From: a virus
Taxonomy: Duplodnaviria > Caudoviricetes
IMG/VR virus record: IMGVR_UViG_3300025676_000004
Span: 32,001 to 96,000 of that record
Reading direction: 5' to 3' (one strand)
Length of the DNA stretch: 64,000 nucleotides
Part shown: piece by piece, positions 32,534 through 42,496 of the stretch
How positions within the stretch are numbered: the first letter of the stretch is position 1
Layout of the letters: each line of letters starts with the position of its first letter
Notes under the pieces: model-generated
Seen by the model: only the letters and a program-made list of their open reading frames with translations
Databases searched by the model: none
What the model was told of the DNA's origin: nothing
Position numbers and translations under genes: made by a program

Positions 32534-32548
32534 CTATAGGAGAATATT

Positions 32549-33163
32549 ATGCCAAGTAGAGATAATTATAGAGAAATTGATAGTAATATTATTGGTAGTG
32601 GAGATGTTACATCAGCATCGCCACCGGCGGATGATTCATTGTTTGGTTATGATAGTTTAACACACAAATCAGCAGAACGACAACCAGACAATCTCAATCC
32701 ACTCTATCCTACATACTTTCAATTTAGTTTAGAAAAAACACCAAAACTTACCTATTTTTGTCAAAGTGTTAATCTGCCTGGAATGTCATTAAATATGATT
32801 CCACAATCAACACGGTTTGTCAATATTCCACAATCGGCAGGTTCTCCCGAATTTGATGATTTGACTGTTAATTTCCTTGTTGATGAAAATCTTACAAACT
32901 GGTTAGAGATTTGGAATTGGATGCGAACTGCTTCTAATACAAAAGACCATACAGAATATATTGATGCTAAAGACCATTATTCTGATGCAAGTCTTGTCGT
33001 TCTTAACAGTGCAATGAACGCCAAAATTAGAGTAGAGTTTGAAAATATTATACCAACAAGTATTTCGGCATTAGAGTTTGACAGCACAGTATCTAATCCT
33101 GATGCAATGGTTGCAACGGCGACCTTCCAATATACAACATATGAGATTATAAATTTGTCTTGA
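32549..33163 (+). CDS. gp3: tail completion / tube terminator gp3-like
   Basis: PKLTYFCQSVNLPG, FLVDENLTNWLEIWNW, ATATFQY. Confidence 0.85.
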   Translation: MPSRDNYREIDSNIIGSGDVTSASPPADDSLFGYDSLTHKSAERQPDNLNPLYPTYFQFSLEKTPKLTYFCQSVNLPGMSLNMIPQSTRFVNIPQSAGSPEFDDLTVNFLVDENLTNWLEIWNWMRTASNTKDHTEYIDAKDHYSDASLVVLNSAMNAKIRVEFENIIPTSISALEFDSTVSNPDAMVATATFQYTTYEIINLS

Positions 33164-33188
33164 CTTCTCTGCCTTTTCGTGTTATAAT
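33160..33188 (+). promoter_or_regulatory. sigma70-type early promoter (uvsY)
   Basis: TTGACT-17 nt-TATAAT with an extended TG. Confidence 0.8.
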
Positions 33189-33214
33189 TAATTATATTTT
33201 ATGGAGTAAAGTGT

Positions 33215-33649
33215 ATGAAGTTTGATGATATTAGAAAAATGGTCGCAAAAGATATGGTGATTGACGACACCGAACTCGACCTCGAATCTTTAAAGATTCC
33301 ACAATTACATAACAAGTATCTGAATATGTTTCACGATGAACGATTGGTTCTACGGAAATTTGAAGCAGACCAACGAGAACTCTCTAGAGATAAGTGGGAG
33401 TATTATACTGGCAAGATGAGTCAAGAAGAACTTGATAGACGAGGTTGGCAACCATTTCAACTAAAAGTCCTCAAACAAGACTTAGATAGGTATCTCTATT
33501 CCGATAGTGATGTTACTTTACTTATGGACAAAATAACATTGCAGAAGGAAAAGGTAGATTACCTTGCATCCACAGTAAAAAGTATTAGTGGTCGTGGTTG
33601 GGAAATTAAAAATGCTATTGAGTGGCGGAGATTCACAAGTGGTGTATAA
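33215..33649 (+). CDS. uvsY: recombination mediator UvsY
   Basis: ESLKIPQLHNKY, KWEYYTGK, IKNAIEW. Confidence 0.92.
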   Translation: MKFDDIRKMVAKDMVIDDTELDLESLKIPQLHNKYLNMFHDERLVLRKFEADQRELSRDKWEYYTGKMSQEELDRRGWQPFQLKVLKQDLDRYLYSDSDVTLLMDKITLQKEKVDYLASTVKSISGRGWEIKNAIEWRRFTSGV

Positions 33650-34154
33650 TTTACAAAATGACCCTATGCACAGTGTATATTTTAGACAACTATATCAGTA
33701 TGCAATGAATAACTCTAAAGACACATCCACTCAATTGGCGGCAATATTAACAGACCCTGGGTCGGGTATTGTTGCAATGGAATGTAATAATATTCCAGAC
33801 AAAGTACATCAAACTCCAAATAGAATGGAACGACCAACGAAATATCATTATGTCGAACACGCAGAACGAAATGTTCTATACAAAGCAATTAGAATGGGTA
33901 TGTCAACACAAGATTTAACAATGTATTGTCCTTGGTATTCGTGTTCCGATTGTGCAAGAGCAATCATTCAATGTGGTGTAAAAAGAATAATTGGTCATAA
34001 AGAATATTTTGATAGAACACCCGATAGATGGAAAGAGTCCTGTGCAATAGGTATAGAGATGATGCAGGAAGCAGGGATTGACTGTATAGTGTGGTCTGGT
34101 GAAGTGGGTGGAAGATTAAGTGTTCTTGTGGATGGGGAAGTTTTTAGTCCCTAA
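33639..34154 (+). CDS. cd: dCMP deaminase
   Basis: HAERN and PWYSCSDC zinc motifs; probable GTG start at 33639 after GGAG. Confidence 0.88.
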   Translation: MVYNLQNDPMHSVYFRQLYQYAMNNSKDTSTQLAAILTDPGSGIVAMECNNIPDKVHQTPNRMERPTKYHYVEHAERNVLYKAIRMGMSTQDLTMYCPWYSCSDCARAIIQCGVKRIIGHKEYFDRTPDRWKESCAIGIEMMQEAGIDCIVWSGEVGGRLSVLVDGEVFSP

Positions 34155-34161
34155 ATATAGT

Positions 34162-35673
34162 ATGAGTGATATATCCATAGAGTATAAGGATTCCGTGTAT
34201 ATTAAGGTGAACTGTGATAGGGGTATCGCACAGGAATTATCCGAATACTTTACCTTTAAAGTGCCGGGTTATCAATTTATGCCAGCATATAAAAATAAAA
34301 TGTGGGATGGTACAATAAAACTCTACAACATATATGGAGAGGAATTGTATGCGGGTCTGGATAAGTATGTTAAGCACTTTGCAGATGAACGAGGATATAC
34401 TGTAGAGTTTGGTGAAAATTTAGCATCGCCAGCAAATCTCTCAAAAGAAGAAATTGAGAAGTATGTAAACGACCACTTACAACCTACTTATAAGGATGAA
34501 ATCCTTAAAGCATACGAACATCAAATTGATGCAATTCACCACGCAATAAACAATAACCGTTGTTTGTTATTGTCACCAACTGCATCTGGTAAGAGTTTAA
34601 TCATATATGCATTGCTCCGTTACTATATGGATATACTACCAAAAGACAAGAAGATACTTGTTATTGTTCCTACCATTTCTTTGGTAACACAGATGTATGA
34701 AGACTTTAAAGAATATTCACAGGCGGACGATTCATTTGAAGTAAGTCGAGATTGTCATCCAGTATTTGCAGGTCAAAAGAAAATAAGTACAAGTAAGATT
34801 ATCATTTCAACTTGGCAAAGTGTTTATAAAATGAAGAAAGAATATTTTGACAACTTTGGTGCTGTATTTGGTGATGAATGCCATTTGTTTAAGAGTAAGT
34901 CCCTCACAAACATAATGACCAAATTAAAGACCTGTCCATATCGAATTGGTACAACAGGAACACTAGATGGTACACAAACTCACAAATTAGTTATTGAAGG
35001 TTTGTTCGGTTCAGTGTATAATGTAATAAAGACTAGCGAATTGATGGAACAAGATTTGCTATCACAATTGTCTATTGATTGTATATTACTGAAGCATAAA
35101 GAAGAAGAACGAAAAGAAATGAAACGAGCAAAATACTTTGATGAATTGGAATGGTTGGTGCAGAACGATGCACGAAACAATTTCATTGCTAATATGGCAA
35201 ACAAAATTAACGGTAATACTCTTATTCTCTTTCAATTGGTAGAGAAGCACGGTAAGCACCTTCAGAAGTTAATCAAAGAACGATGTCCTAACCATAAGGT
35301 ATTCTTTGTGTTTGGTGGTACAAGTGCAGAGGATAGAGAAGAAGTGAGAAAACTCACAGAAGAGAACAACAATGCAATCATAGTGGCATCTTATGGTACA
35401 TTCTCCACTGGTATCTCTATTCGCAGACTTCATAATATTATTTTTGCATCACCCTCTAAATCACGAATTAGAGTGTTGCAGTCTATTGGAAGACAGTTAA
35501 GAAAGTCTAAATATAAAGAGAAAGCGAAGTTATATGATATTGGTGATGATTTGACTTGGAAGAGTTGGACAAATCACACACTAAAGCATTTTGTGGAACG
35601 CATAAAGATTTACAATAAAGAAAAATTTGATTACAAGACGATAAAAATTAATCTAGGAGAACAAAATGACTGA
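34162..35673 (+). CDS. uvsW: UvsW helicase
   Basis: SPTASGKS, GDECH, GTTGT, QSIGR motifs; start moved to MSDISIE. Confidence 0.95.
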   Translation: MSDISIEYKDSVYIKVNCDRGIAQELSEYFTFKVPGYQFMPAYKNKMWDGTIKLYNIYGEELYAGLDKYVKHFADERGYTVEFGENLASPANLSKEEIEKYVNDHLQPTYKDEILKAYEHQIDAIHHAINNNRCLLLSPTASGKSLIIYALLRYYMDILPKDKKILVIVPTISLVTQMYEDFKEYSQADDSFEVSRDCHPVFAGQKKISTSKIIISTWQSVYKMKKEYFDNFGAVFGDECHLFKSKSLTNIMTKLKTCPYRIGTTGTLDGTQTHKLVIEGLFGSVYNVIKTSELMEQDLLSQLSIDCILLKHKEEERKEMKRAKYFDELEWLVQNDARNNFIANMANKINGNTLILFQLVEKHGKHLQKLIKERCPNHKVFFVFGGTSAEDREEVRKLTEENNNAIIVASYGTFSTGISIRRLHNIIFASPSKSRIRVLQSIGRQLRKSKYKEKAKLYDIGDDLTWKSWTNHTLKHFVERIKIYNKEKFDYKTIKINLGEQND

Positions 35674-36328
35674 TATTTACAAAAACTACAAACTATCTTC
35701 TGGAGATGAAATCATCGGTAAATTAGTAGGAAACAACCTAGATTCTATTACAGTCAACCGACCATTGTGTATTAAAATATTTCCAATTCAAGACCCAACA
35801 ACTGGTGCTATGCGTGATATGATGATTCTTCGTCCTTGGAATACAGTTTCAACTGAACTTAAATATGAAATTAAAAGAGAACATATTGTGTTAGAAAGTA
35901 ACCCAATGCCTGAAGTAATTCAAATTTATCTTGAACAACTCGAAAAGGAAGATATAGTTTCTGACCTTTATGCTGATTTAATGAGTGACCCCGAACGATT
36001 AGAAGACTATCTTAAAACAGTTATTGAAGAAGATTTAGAACCAAATATTCAAGAAGAAACAATGGAACAGGAACAACCAGAAGAAGGAGAGAATGTTCAT
36101 ATGAATTTTCTTATTCCTAATGCTATGTTCTTGGCATTTCTTATGAACGGTATTGTTAGTTTAGACCCAGAACAAGAAGATGAAGGTAATGATATACCAC
36201 AATTGGATTTTAACATTCAAGAGTTTCTTAATCTTAAAAATAGTAAAGGGTTTAAAAGTAAAAAGTATTCCAAGAATCGGAATGTTGATATAGAGAAACA
36301 GTTTAAGAACTGGAATCCAGAACCTTAA
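35666..36328 (+). CDS. hypothetical protein with Sm-like N-terminal domain
   Basis: KLSSGDEIIG...PW pattern; usual position between uvsW and gp55. Confidence 0.55.
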   Translation: MTDIYKNYKLSSGDEIIGKLVGNNLDSITVNRPLCIKIFPIQDPTTGAMRDMMILRPWNTVSTELKYEIKREHIVLESNPMPEVIQIYLEQLEKEDIVSDLYADLMSDPERLEDYLKTVIEEDLEPNIQEETMEQEQPEEGENVHMNFLIPNAMFLAFLMNGIVSLDPEQEDEGNDIPQLDFNIQEFLNLKNSKGFKSKKYSKNRNVDIEKQFKNWNPEP

Positions 36329-36376
36329 TAACTTAGTAATTAATTAATTCTTTTCTTGTTTCCCCTGACACAGATA

Positions 36377-36404
36377 AGGATACCTCAAATTTATACAATG
36401 TCAA
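36377..36404 (-). promoter_or_regulatory. antisense sigma70-type promoter upstream of gp55
   Basis: Minus strand TTGACA-ttgtataaatttgagg-TATCCT (16 nt spacer), same architecture as the gp45 promoter. Confidence 0.6.
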
Positions 36405-36420
36405 GGAGAAAATGTGAAAA

Positions 36421-37029
36421 ATGAGTAAAAAGAAGAAAAAAGCAAATCATTATGTAGACAATGAAAAGTTCTTTAAAGAAATGTGCGAATGGAAGAAATT
36501 AGTAATAGAAGCATCTGAAGTAGACGAATCTCGTCCACCCATAAATGAATATATTGGTACTTGTTTTGTAGAGATTGCAGAACGATTATCACATAGACCA
36601 AACTTTATTAACTATGAATATCGTGAAGAAATGGTGGGTGATGGTATTGAAAATTGTCTGATGTATGCCCACAATTTCAATCCAGAAAAATCAAAGAATC
36701 CATTTTCATATTTTACACAGATAATATACTATGCATTCTTACGAAGAATACAAAAAGAAAAGAAACAGATGTATGTCAAATATAAACTTATCGAAGAAAT
36801 AGATAAAGACCATTTATTTCCAAGATGGGTTGAAGATAATGTTGAAGTAGATATGACAGAATCAAAGAATGTTGCTGCCGATTATTATAGATTGTCTGAT
36901 TCGGATATAGAAAAGTTTATACCGAAGAAAGAACGAGAGCGTTTAGAGCGTGAAAAGGCAAAGAATAAAGGTATAACATTAGATTCTTTCTTAAAGGATG
37001 ACAAGAGTGAAGATAGCACTGATAAATGA
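36421..37029 (+). CDS. gp55: late-transcription sigma factor
   Basis: HYVDNEKF, LSHRPNFINY, NPFSYFTQIIYYAFLRRIQKEKKQ. Confidence 0.96.
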   Translation: MSKKKKKANHYVDNEKFFKEMCEWKKLVIEASEVDESRPPINEYIGTCFVEIAERLSHRPNFINYEYREEMVGDGIENCLMYAHNFNPEKSKNPFSYFTQIIYYAFLRRIQKEKKQMYVKYKLIEEIDKDHLFPRWVEDNVEVDMTESKNVAADYYRLSDSDIEKFIPKKERERLEREKAKNKGITLDSFLKDDKSEDSTDK

Positions 37030-38059
37030 TACCCACTTTGGGGCGAGAGGTGACTCTCAATTATTTTTTGATTACTTTATGAAATTCTTTGATGATGTGT
37101 TTTTTCCATATCTCAAAGAAAACAATATAAAGACAGTAATACACGCAGGCGACCTGATGGATAGGCGTAAGTTTGTCAATTTCAATATCCTAAACCAAAT
37201 AAGGACACAGTTCATTGAAAGACTACAAGATGAAGGAATCGAGATGCACTGTATTCTCGGAAACCACGATGTATATTATCGTAATACTAACAATGTCAAT
37301 TCTGTTTCTGAGTTGTTCGGTAATAAACCTAACATAACCATTTATGAAGAACCAGAGGTGCTAACTTTTGGTGCATTAGACATTGCAATGCTTCCGTGGG
37401 TAAACAAAGAGAACTACAACCAATCCGTAGAGTTCGTTAAGACAGCAGAAGCACCCTTCCTCATCGGACACCTTGAGTTAGGTGGTTATGAAGTAATGCG
37501 TGGTGTGAAGTTTGATGGTGGGTTAGATGCCAAACTATTCAAACGATATGAGAAGGTTCTCTCTGGACACTTCCATTGTCGCCAAGAACAAGACAACATC
37601 TATTATATGGGAACGCAATATCAAATCACATTTGCAGATTTGAATGAAACAAAAGGTTTTCATATCCTCGACACTAGCACAAGAGAAGTAGAGTTCATCG
37701 AGAACCCATACAAGATGTTCTATTCAGTAACATACAACGATAAAGATGGACCTATTGAACCAGATAAGTTTGATTGTCAATATCTCAAGGGTGCATATGT
37801 AAAACTATTCATAGAACACAAAGAGCATCCGTATTCGTTTGACCGATATATGGATAAACTCTATGAATGTGGTGTTGCAAAGATTACAGTTGTAGAAGAA
37901 TTGGTAAATTCTGATTGGACAAAGGAAGAGATTGTCGATATGTCACAAGACACAGTTACCCTCATCAATAGTGAAGTTGATGTAATGGAAGAAGTGAAAG
38001 ACAAAGAAAAGATGAAACGCATCATCAAGGATTTGTATATGGAGAGTTTGTCATTATAA
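37007..38059 (+). CDS. gp47: recombination endonuclease subunit (Mre11/SbcD-like)
   Basis: DTHFG, GDLMDRRK, GNHD, SGHFH; GTG start after AAGGA. Confidence 0.95.
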   Translation: MKIALINDTHFGARGDSQLFFDYFMKFFDDVFFPYLKENNIKTVIHAGDLMDRRKFVNFNILNQIRTQFIERLQDEGIEMHCILGNHDVYYRNTNNVNSVSELFGNKPNITIYEEPEVLTFGALDIAMLPWVNKENYNQSVEFVKTAEAPFLIGHLELGGYEVMRGVKFDGGLDAKLFKRYEKVLSGHFHCRQEQDNIYYMGTQYQITFADLNETKGFHILDTSTREVEFIENPYKMFYSVTYNDKDGPIEPDKFDCQYLKGAYVKLFIEHKEHPYSFDRYMDKLYECGVAKITVVEELVNSDWTKEEIVDMSQDTVTLINSEVDVMEEVKDKEKMKRIIKDLYMESLSL

Positions 38060-39765
38060 TATTTTCAAAATTGAGTTGGAAGAATTTTCTTTCAACAGGA
38101 AACTACAAAACAACACTAGAACTCACCAAAGATAACAACACACTTATCTCTGGTGAGAACGGTGCAGGTAAGTCAACCATGCTTGATGCGTTGTGCTTTT
38201 CTCTATTCGGTAAGTCATTCCGTGGTATCAATATTCCACAACTTCCCAATTCAATCAACGAAAAGGATTGTGAAGTAGAGATTGAATTTACAGTTGGCAG
38301 GGACAGTTACAGAATATTCCGTTCACTCAAACCAAAGAAGTTTGAGATATTTAAGAACGGTGACTTGCTCAATCAAGATGCCAAATCAAAAGACTACCAG
38401 AAGATTCTTGAAGAGCAAATCCTCAAGATGACATATAAATCATTCTGTCAAGTAGTTATCTTGGGGAGTAGCAATTACATTCCCTTTATGAAACTCTCTG
38501 CAAAGGATAGGCGATTGGTTGTAGAGAACCTCTTAGACATTGATGTGTTCTCTGTAATGAATACTCTTGTTCGTGCAAGACTACAAATGGCAAAAGAGTA
38601 TATCAGGGACATTGACTACAAGGTAGAAATCGTCAAGAGTAAAGTTGAAGAAAAAGAGAAATTAATAAAAACGCTTGAGAAGAAATCGTCCGATTCTGTA
38701 GAAAGTTATAAAGGCGAAATCAAGAATTCCCATACACAGATAGAAGAACTACAAGAAGAAATCAAGAAGAAGAAAGAGAATGTGGACCACTTATACGAAC
38801 AGGTAAAAGACAAGGACGATGTACCACGAAGACTTCTGAAGATGGAAGGGTTAGAGCAACAACTCAAGAGCAAGATAAAGAACATTGAAAAGAATGTGAA
38901 GTTCTATGAAGAGAACGATACTTGTCCATCTTGCAAGCAGGACATTCAGGAACACCACAAGGAATGTGTGTTCAAAGAAAAGGCGGAAGAGAAGAAAGAG
39001 GTAGAAGATGGTGTGGGTGAGTTGATAGTGAATATGACGGACACAGGAAAACGATTAGATGACATCAACTCTATTCTGCAAACGGTCGATACTATACAAA
39101 GACAAATCAACGAGAAGCAAAACCAAATTAATTCTTCCCTTCGTTACATTGGGAAGATGCAAAATAACATTGATGAAATAGTGGGTGAGGGTGTAGAGGT
39201 AGAAGAATCCAAAAAGGAATTGAATGAATTGCTTGGCGAAGGTAAGGGGTATATTGGCGAACGCAAGGAACGAGTAGAGGACAAACACTACTACGAGATT
39301 GCAAGTGTATTGCTGAAAGATACAGGCATCAAAGCAAAGATTATCAAACACTACCTGCCAATTATGAACAAACTCATCAACAAGTATCTTGGAGATATGG
39401 ATTTCTTTTGCCAGTTTGACTTGGATGAAAACTTTGATGAAACAATCAAGAGTCGCCATCGTGACGAGTTTTCATACTACAGTTTCAGTGAGGGCGAGCG
39501 TTTGCGGATTGACTTGTCGTTGCTCTTGGCGTGGCGAGAGATTGCCAGATTGAAGAATAGTGTGAATTGTAACTTGCTGATATTAGACGAGGTATTCGAT
39601 TCGTCATTAGATACAGTTGGCACTGAGGAGTTTCTAAAACTTCTAACAACTTTCGGAAATCGTGCAAATATATTTGTAATCTCACATAAATCTGATATAA
39701 TGACAGATAAGTTCAGCAAACACATTGTGTTTGAGAAGAAGAATAATTTTAGTAGGATAAGATGA
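38053..39765 (+). CDS. gp46: recombination ATPase subunit (Rad50/SbcC-like)
   Basis: WKNFLSTGN, GENGAGKST, CPSC hook, FSEGE, LILDEVFDSSLD; probable ATT start at 38053. Confidence 0.95.
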   Translation: MIIFSKLSWKNFLSTGNYKTTLELTKDNNTLISGENGAGKSTMLDALCFSLFGKSFRGINIPQLPNSINEKDCEVEIEFTVGRDSYRIFRSLKPKKFEIFKNGDLLNQDAKSKDYQKILEEQILKMTYKSFCQVVILGSSNYIPFMKLSAKDRRLVVENLLDIDVFSVMNTLVRARLQMAKEYIRDIDYKVEIVKSKVEEKEKLIKTLEKKSSDSVESYKGEIKNSHTQIEELQEEIKKKKENVDHLYEQVKDKDDVPRRLLKMEGLEQQLKSKIKNIEKNVKFYEENDTCPSCKQDIQEHHKECVFKEKAEEKKEVEDGVGELIVNMTDTGKRLDDINSILQTVDTIQRQINEKQNQINSSLRYIGKMQNNIDEIVGEGVEVEESKKELNELLGEGKGYIGERKERVEDKHYYEIASVLLKDTGIKAKIIKHYLPIMNKLINKYLGDMDFFCQFDLDENFDETIKSRHRDEFSYYSFSEGERLRIDLSLLLAWREIARLKNSVNCNLLILDEVFDSSLDTVGTEEFLKLLTTFGNRANIFVISHKSDIMTDKFSKHIVFEKKNNFSRIR

Positions 39766-39775
39766 AGAATATAAA

Positions 39776-41386
39776 ATGATGACAGATACAAAACACTTTT
39801 ATGAACGCAACGATTATGTAATCAATTCAGATTGCAATTGCCTGTTTGAAGATTTACTTGAGATGACACCCGATGAATTTCGTGAGTGGGTTATCAAGTT
39901 CCGCAAGACGGTGAAAGAATCTTGGGACAAGTATGGTTGTCCGCCACGAACAGGTAAGAATGAAGAAGGCATCATTGATGTGTTCAATAAGATTGCCGAA
40001 TACCCCATCCACAAGTTTACACGCAGTGACGAGTTGTCCAATGTTCCAGACGATGTTATCATCAACAAGTCACGCATTGGCGGAGAAGCAGACCAATGGT
40101 TTAGTAATATGATGCAGACACGCATCAACTATACTGAGAAGGATATAGGATATTCCATCTACGATTTGTTTGTAGATGATAAACACTTGGAGAAGATGGT
40201 GAAGGGTGGTATGAGGCATTTTAGGCGTGATAGTTTGTATGAACACGCAAAGAGTGCATTCACTAATAACAAGAAATATGCCATTGTGTCCACAGCAGAT
40301 GCACACGAATGGATGGAAGCATTCCATAACAACAAGAACATCTTCAAGGATTATGACTTTATGTTAGAAGAAGTCAAGAAACGAGAAGGTCTAAACAGTG
40401 GATACTTCCAAGTTGAACAAGATGAAATTCTAAACTTGTCAATGGACGAAGTAAAAGAATACAAAGATAAGGGATGGTTGGAATATCGCCATCACTCTAC
40501 ATTTGATATAGACAATATGTCTAACGAGAAACGATACAATATTCGTGTGTATAAGAAGGGGAAGAAGATGTTCCCTAAAGCATTCGCCGCATATCGTATA
40601 GGTTTTATTCAACCTGCTGTCAATTTTCCACCAATGACTGCTAAATACCTATATGAAAGATTCACGGAAGATTTCAAAGACCAAGAGGTTATTAACATCT
40701 ATGACCCGTCTAGTGGTTGGGGCGGCCGCATACTCGGTGCTATGGGTGTTAGGGATGATAGGACTATTCACTATATTGGGACTGACCCTAATCCTGACAA
40801 TTTTATCGGGGATGGTGGTTACAGTAAGTATGCTTCTCTCGCTGATTTCTACAACACCAAAACTTATCGTGGAAACCCATTCTTTTCCGAAACTAATACT
40901 TATGATGTATACCAAGAAGGGTCGGAAGAAATTCAACACCACGAACGATTCCAAAAGTACAGAGGAAAACTCGACCTTATCTTTACTTCACCACCTTATT
41001 TCAACAGAGAGGCGTATAGCGAAGACGAAAATCAGTCGTACAAAAAATACGGGTCGTCCTACGAATCTTGGAGAGATGGATTCCTCAGACCAACCCTAGA
41101 AACTTGTGCAGAGTATCTAAAACCAAATAGATATTTGTTGTGGAATGTTGCAGATATTTTGGTCAGTGGAAAATACTTACCAATAGAACAAGATAGTATT
41201 GATATCCTTGAGTCGTGTGGTATGATGTATAAATACACATTGAAGATGGCATTAGAAGGAATGCCTGGGCAGAACAGAATGGGTGAAGACGGTAAACCTA
41301 CTTGTAAAAATTACTGTATGATTGATGGAAAGTATATGAAATACGAACCAGTGTTTGTTTTCTATAAGAAAGAGAGAGATGAATGA
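39776..41386 (+). CDS. DNA amino-methyltransferase (N4-C or N6-A)
   Basis: SAM-binding YDPSSGWGGR followed by catalytic FTSPPYF. Confidence 0.8.
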   Translation: MMTDTKHFYERNDYVINSDCNCLFEDLLEMTPDEFREWVIKFRKTVKESWDKYGCPPRTGKNEEGIIDVFNKIAEYPIHKFTRSDELSNVPDDVIINKSRIGGEADQWFSNMMQTRINYTEKDIGYSIYDLFVDDKHLEKMVKGGMRHFRRDSLYEHAKSAFTNNKKYAIVSTADAHEWMEAFHNNKNIFKDYDFMLEEVKKREGLNSGYFQVEQDEILNLSMDEVKEYKDKGWLEYRHHSTFDIDNMSNEKRYNIRVYKKGKKMFPKAFAAYRIGFIQPAVNFPPMTAKYLYERFTEDFKDQEVINIYDPSSGWGGRILGAMGVRDDRTIHYIGTDPNPDNFIGDGGYSKYASLADFYNTKTYRGNPFFSETNTYDVYQEGSEEIQHHERFQKYRGKLDLIFTSPPYFNREAYSEDENQSYKKYGSSYESWRDGFLRPTLETCAEYLKPNRYLLWNVADILVSGKYLPIEQDSIDILESCGMMYKYTLKMALEGMPGQNRMGEDGKPTCKNYCMIDGKYMKYEPVFVFYKKERDE

Positions 41387-42471
41387 CAGAGTATCAGGTA
41401 AATGCTTCAGCACAAATCACAGTAAAACTAGAGTATGTCTGGTTGGATGGTTATAAATCAAAAAATACACGAAGTAAGGTGCGGTATGTAGAATGGACTA
41501 TGGATTCCGAAAGTGGCAATATGTCAAGAGAATCCGTTCTTGATAGGATTCCTGATTGGAACTTTGATGGTTCAAGTACCAAGCAAGCAGTAACAGAAAA
41601 CAGTGATATTATACTTGTACCTGTAAAAGTATATCACAATCCAATGGAGCAATCGGAGATGCCTTCTTTTATTGTTCTATGTGAAACTTACAATACAGAT
41701 GGTTCACCACACGAAAGCAACCACAGACACCAATTGGAAAATGTATTGGATAGTGATATTTGGTTTGCTGTTGAACAAGAATATACTTTGATGGATGTGG
41801 AGACAGATAAACCTGTTGGATTTTCCAAAAAAGAAAATGTTCAAGAACAAGGAGAATACTATTGCGGTAACGGTGGTGCAAATGTTACTAATAGATTCAT
41901 TGTAGAACAACACGCATTTGCTTGTATTCAAAGTGGCATCTCTATCTACGGTACAAATGCAGAAGTTCTTTTATCACAATGGGAATATCAACTTAATCCA
42001 AACAATGCAATTGATATGGCAGACGATTTATGGGTTTCACGATTCCTTCTTCAACGAATTTGCGAGGACTATGGCGTATATGCATCATTCCATCCAAAAC
42101 CTATATCGGGTGATTGGAATGGAGCAGGCGCCCATATCAATTTCAGTACAGAATATATGAGAGAAAATTCTGACAAAGAATATATTGAAAATGTTTGTGA
42201 AGTGTTAAGAGAAACACACGATGAACATATTGCAGTTTATGGTGAAGACAATGAACTTCGTTTAACAGGAGATTGTGAAACGCAACATATTTCTAAATTT
42301 TCTTATGGTGTTAATGACCGTGGTGCATCAATTCGCATCCCATCTATCACCGCAGAAAATTGGAAGGGATATCTTGAAGATAGGCGACCTTCTGCAAATA
42401 TGGACCCGTATGAAGCATTTATTATTATTACGGAAAATGTATCTAAAATTTGCGAACAAATTGAAGCATAA
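41383..42471 (+). CDS. glnII: glutamine synthetase type II
   Basis: EYVWLDG, WNFDGSST, EQEY, QWEYQ, HPKP.SGDWNGAGAH, RGASIRIP, YLEDRRP. Confidence 0.92.
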   Translation: MTEYQVNASAQITVKLEYVWLDGYKSKNTRSKVRYVEWTMDSESGNMSRESVLDRIPDWNFDGSSTKQAVTENSDIILVPVKVYHNPMEQSEMPSFIVLCETYNTDGSPHESNHRHQLENVLDSDIWFAVEQEYTLMDVETDKPVGFSKKENVQEQGEYYCGNGGANVTNRFIVEQHAFACIQSGISIYGTNAEVLLSQWEYQLNPNNAIDMADDLWVSRFLLQRICEDYGVYASFHPKPISGDWNGAGAHINFSTEYMRENSDKEYIENVCEVLRETHDEHIAVYGEDNELRLTGDCETQHISKFSYGVNDRGASIRIPSITAENWKGYLEDRRPSANMDPYEAFIIITENVSKICEQIEA

Positions 42472-42496
42472 ATCCATACATAGTATGGAGAACTAT

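Noticed and set aside
36412-36417. ATG-TGA minigene before gp55
   Set aside because: Only 3 nt from the GGAG, so initiation is unlikely; probably chance
4562-41235. Intragenic TATAAATA hits (4562, 5582, 19046, 29130, 41228)
   Set aside because: Several are expected by chance in AT-rich DNA; not listed as features without intergenic context
42275-42496. Long N-terminal extensions in the ORF track (42275, also 33588, 34120, 46140, 52281, 56428)
   Set aside because: They overlap upstream genes; downstream starts have a better RBS/promoter context and match family N-termini
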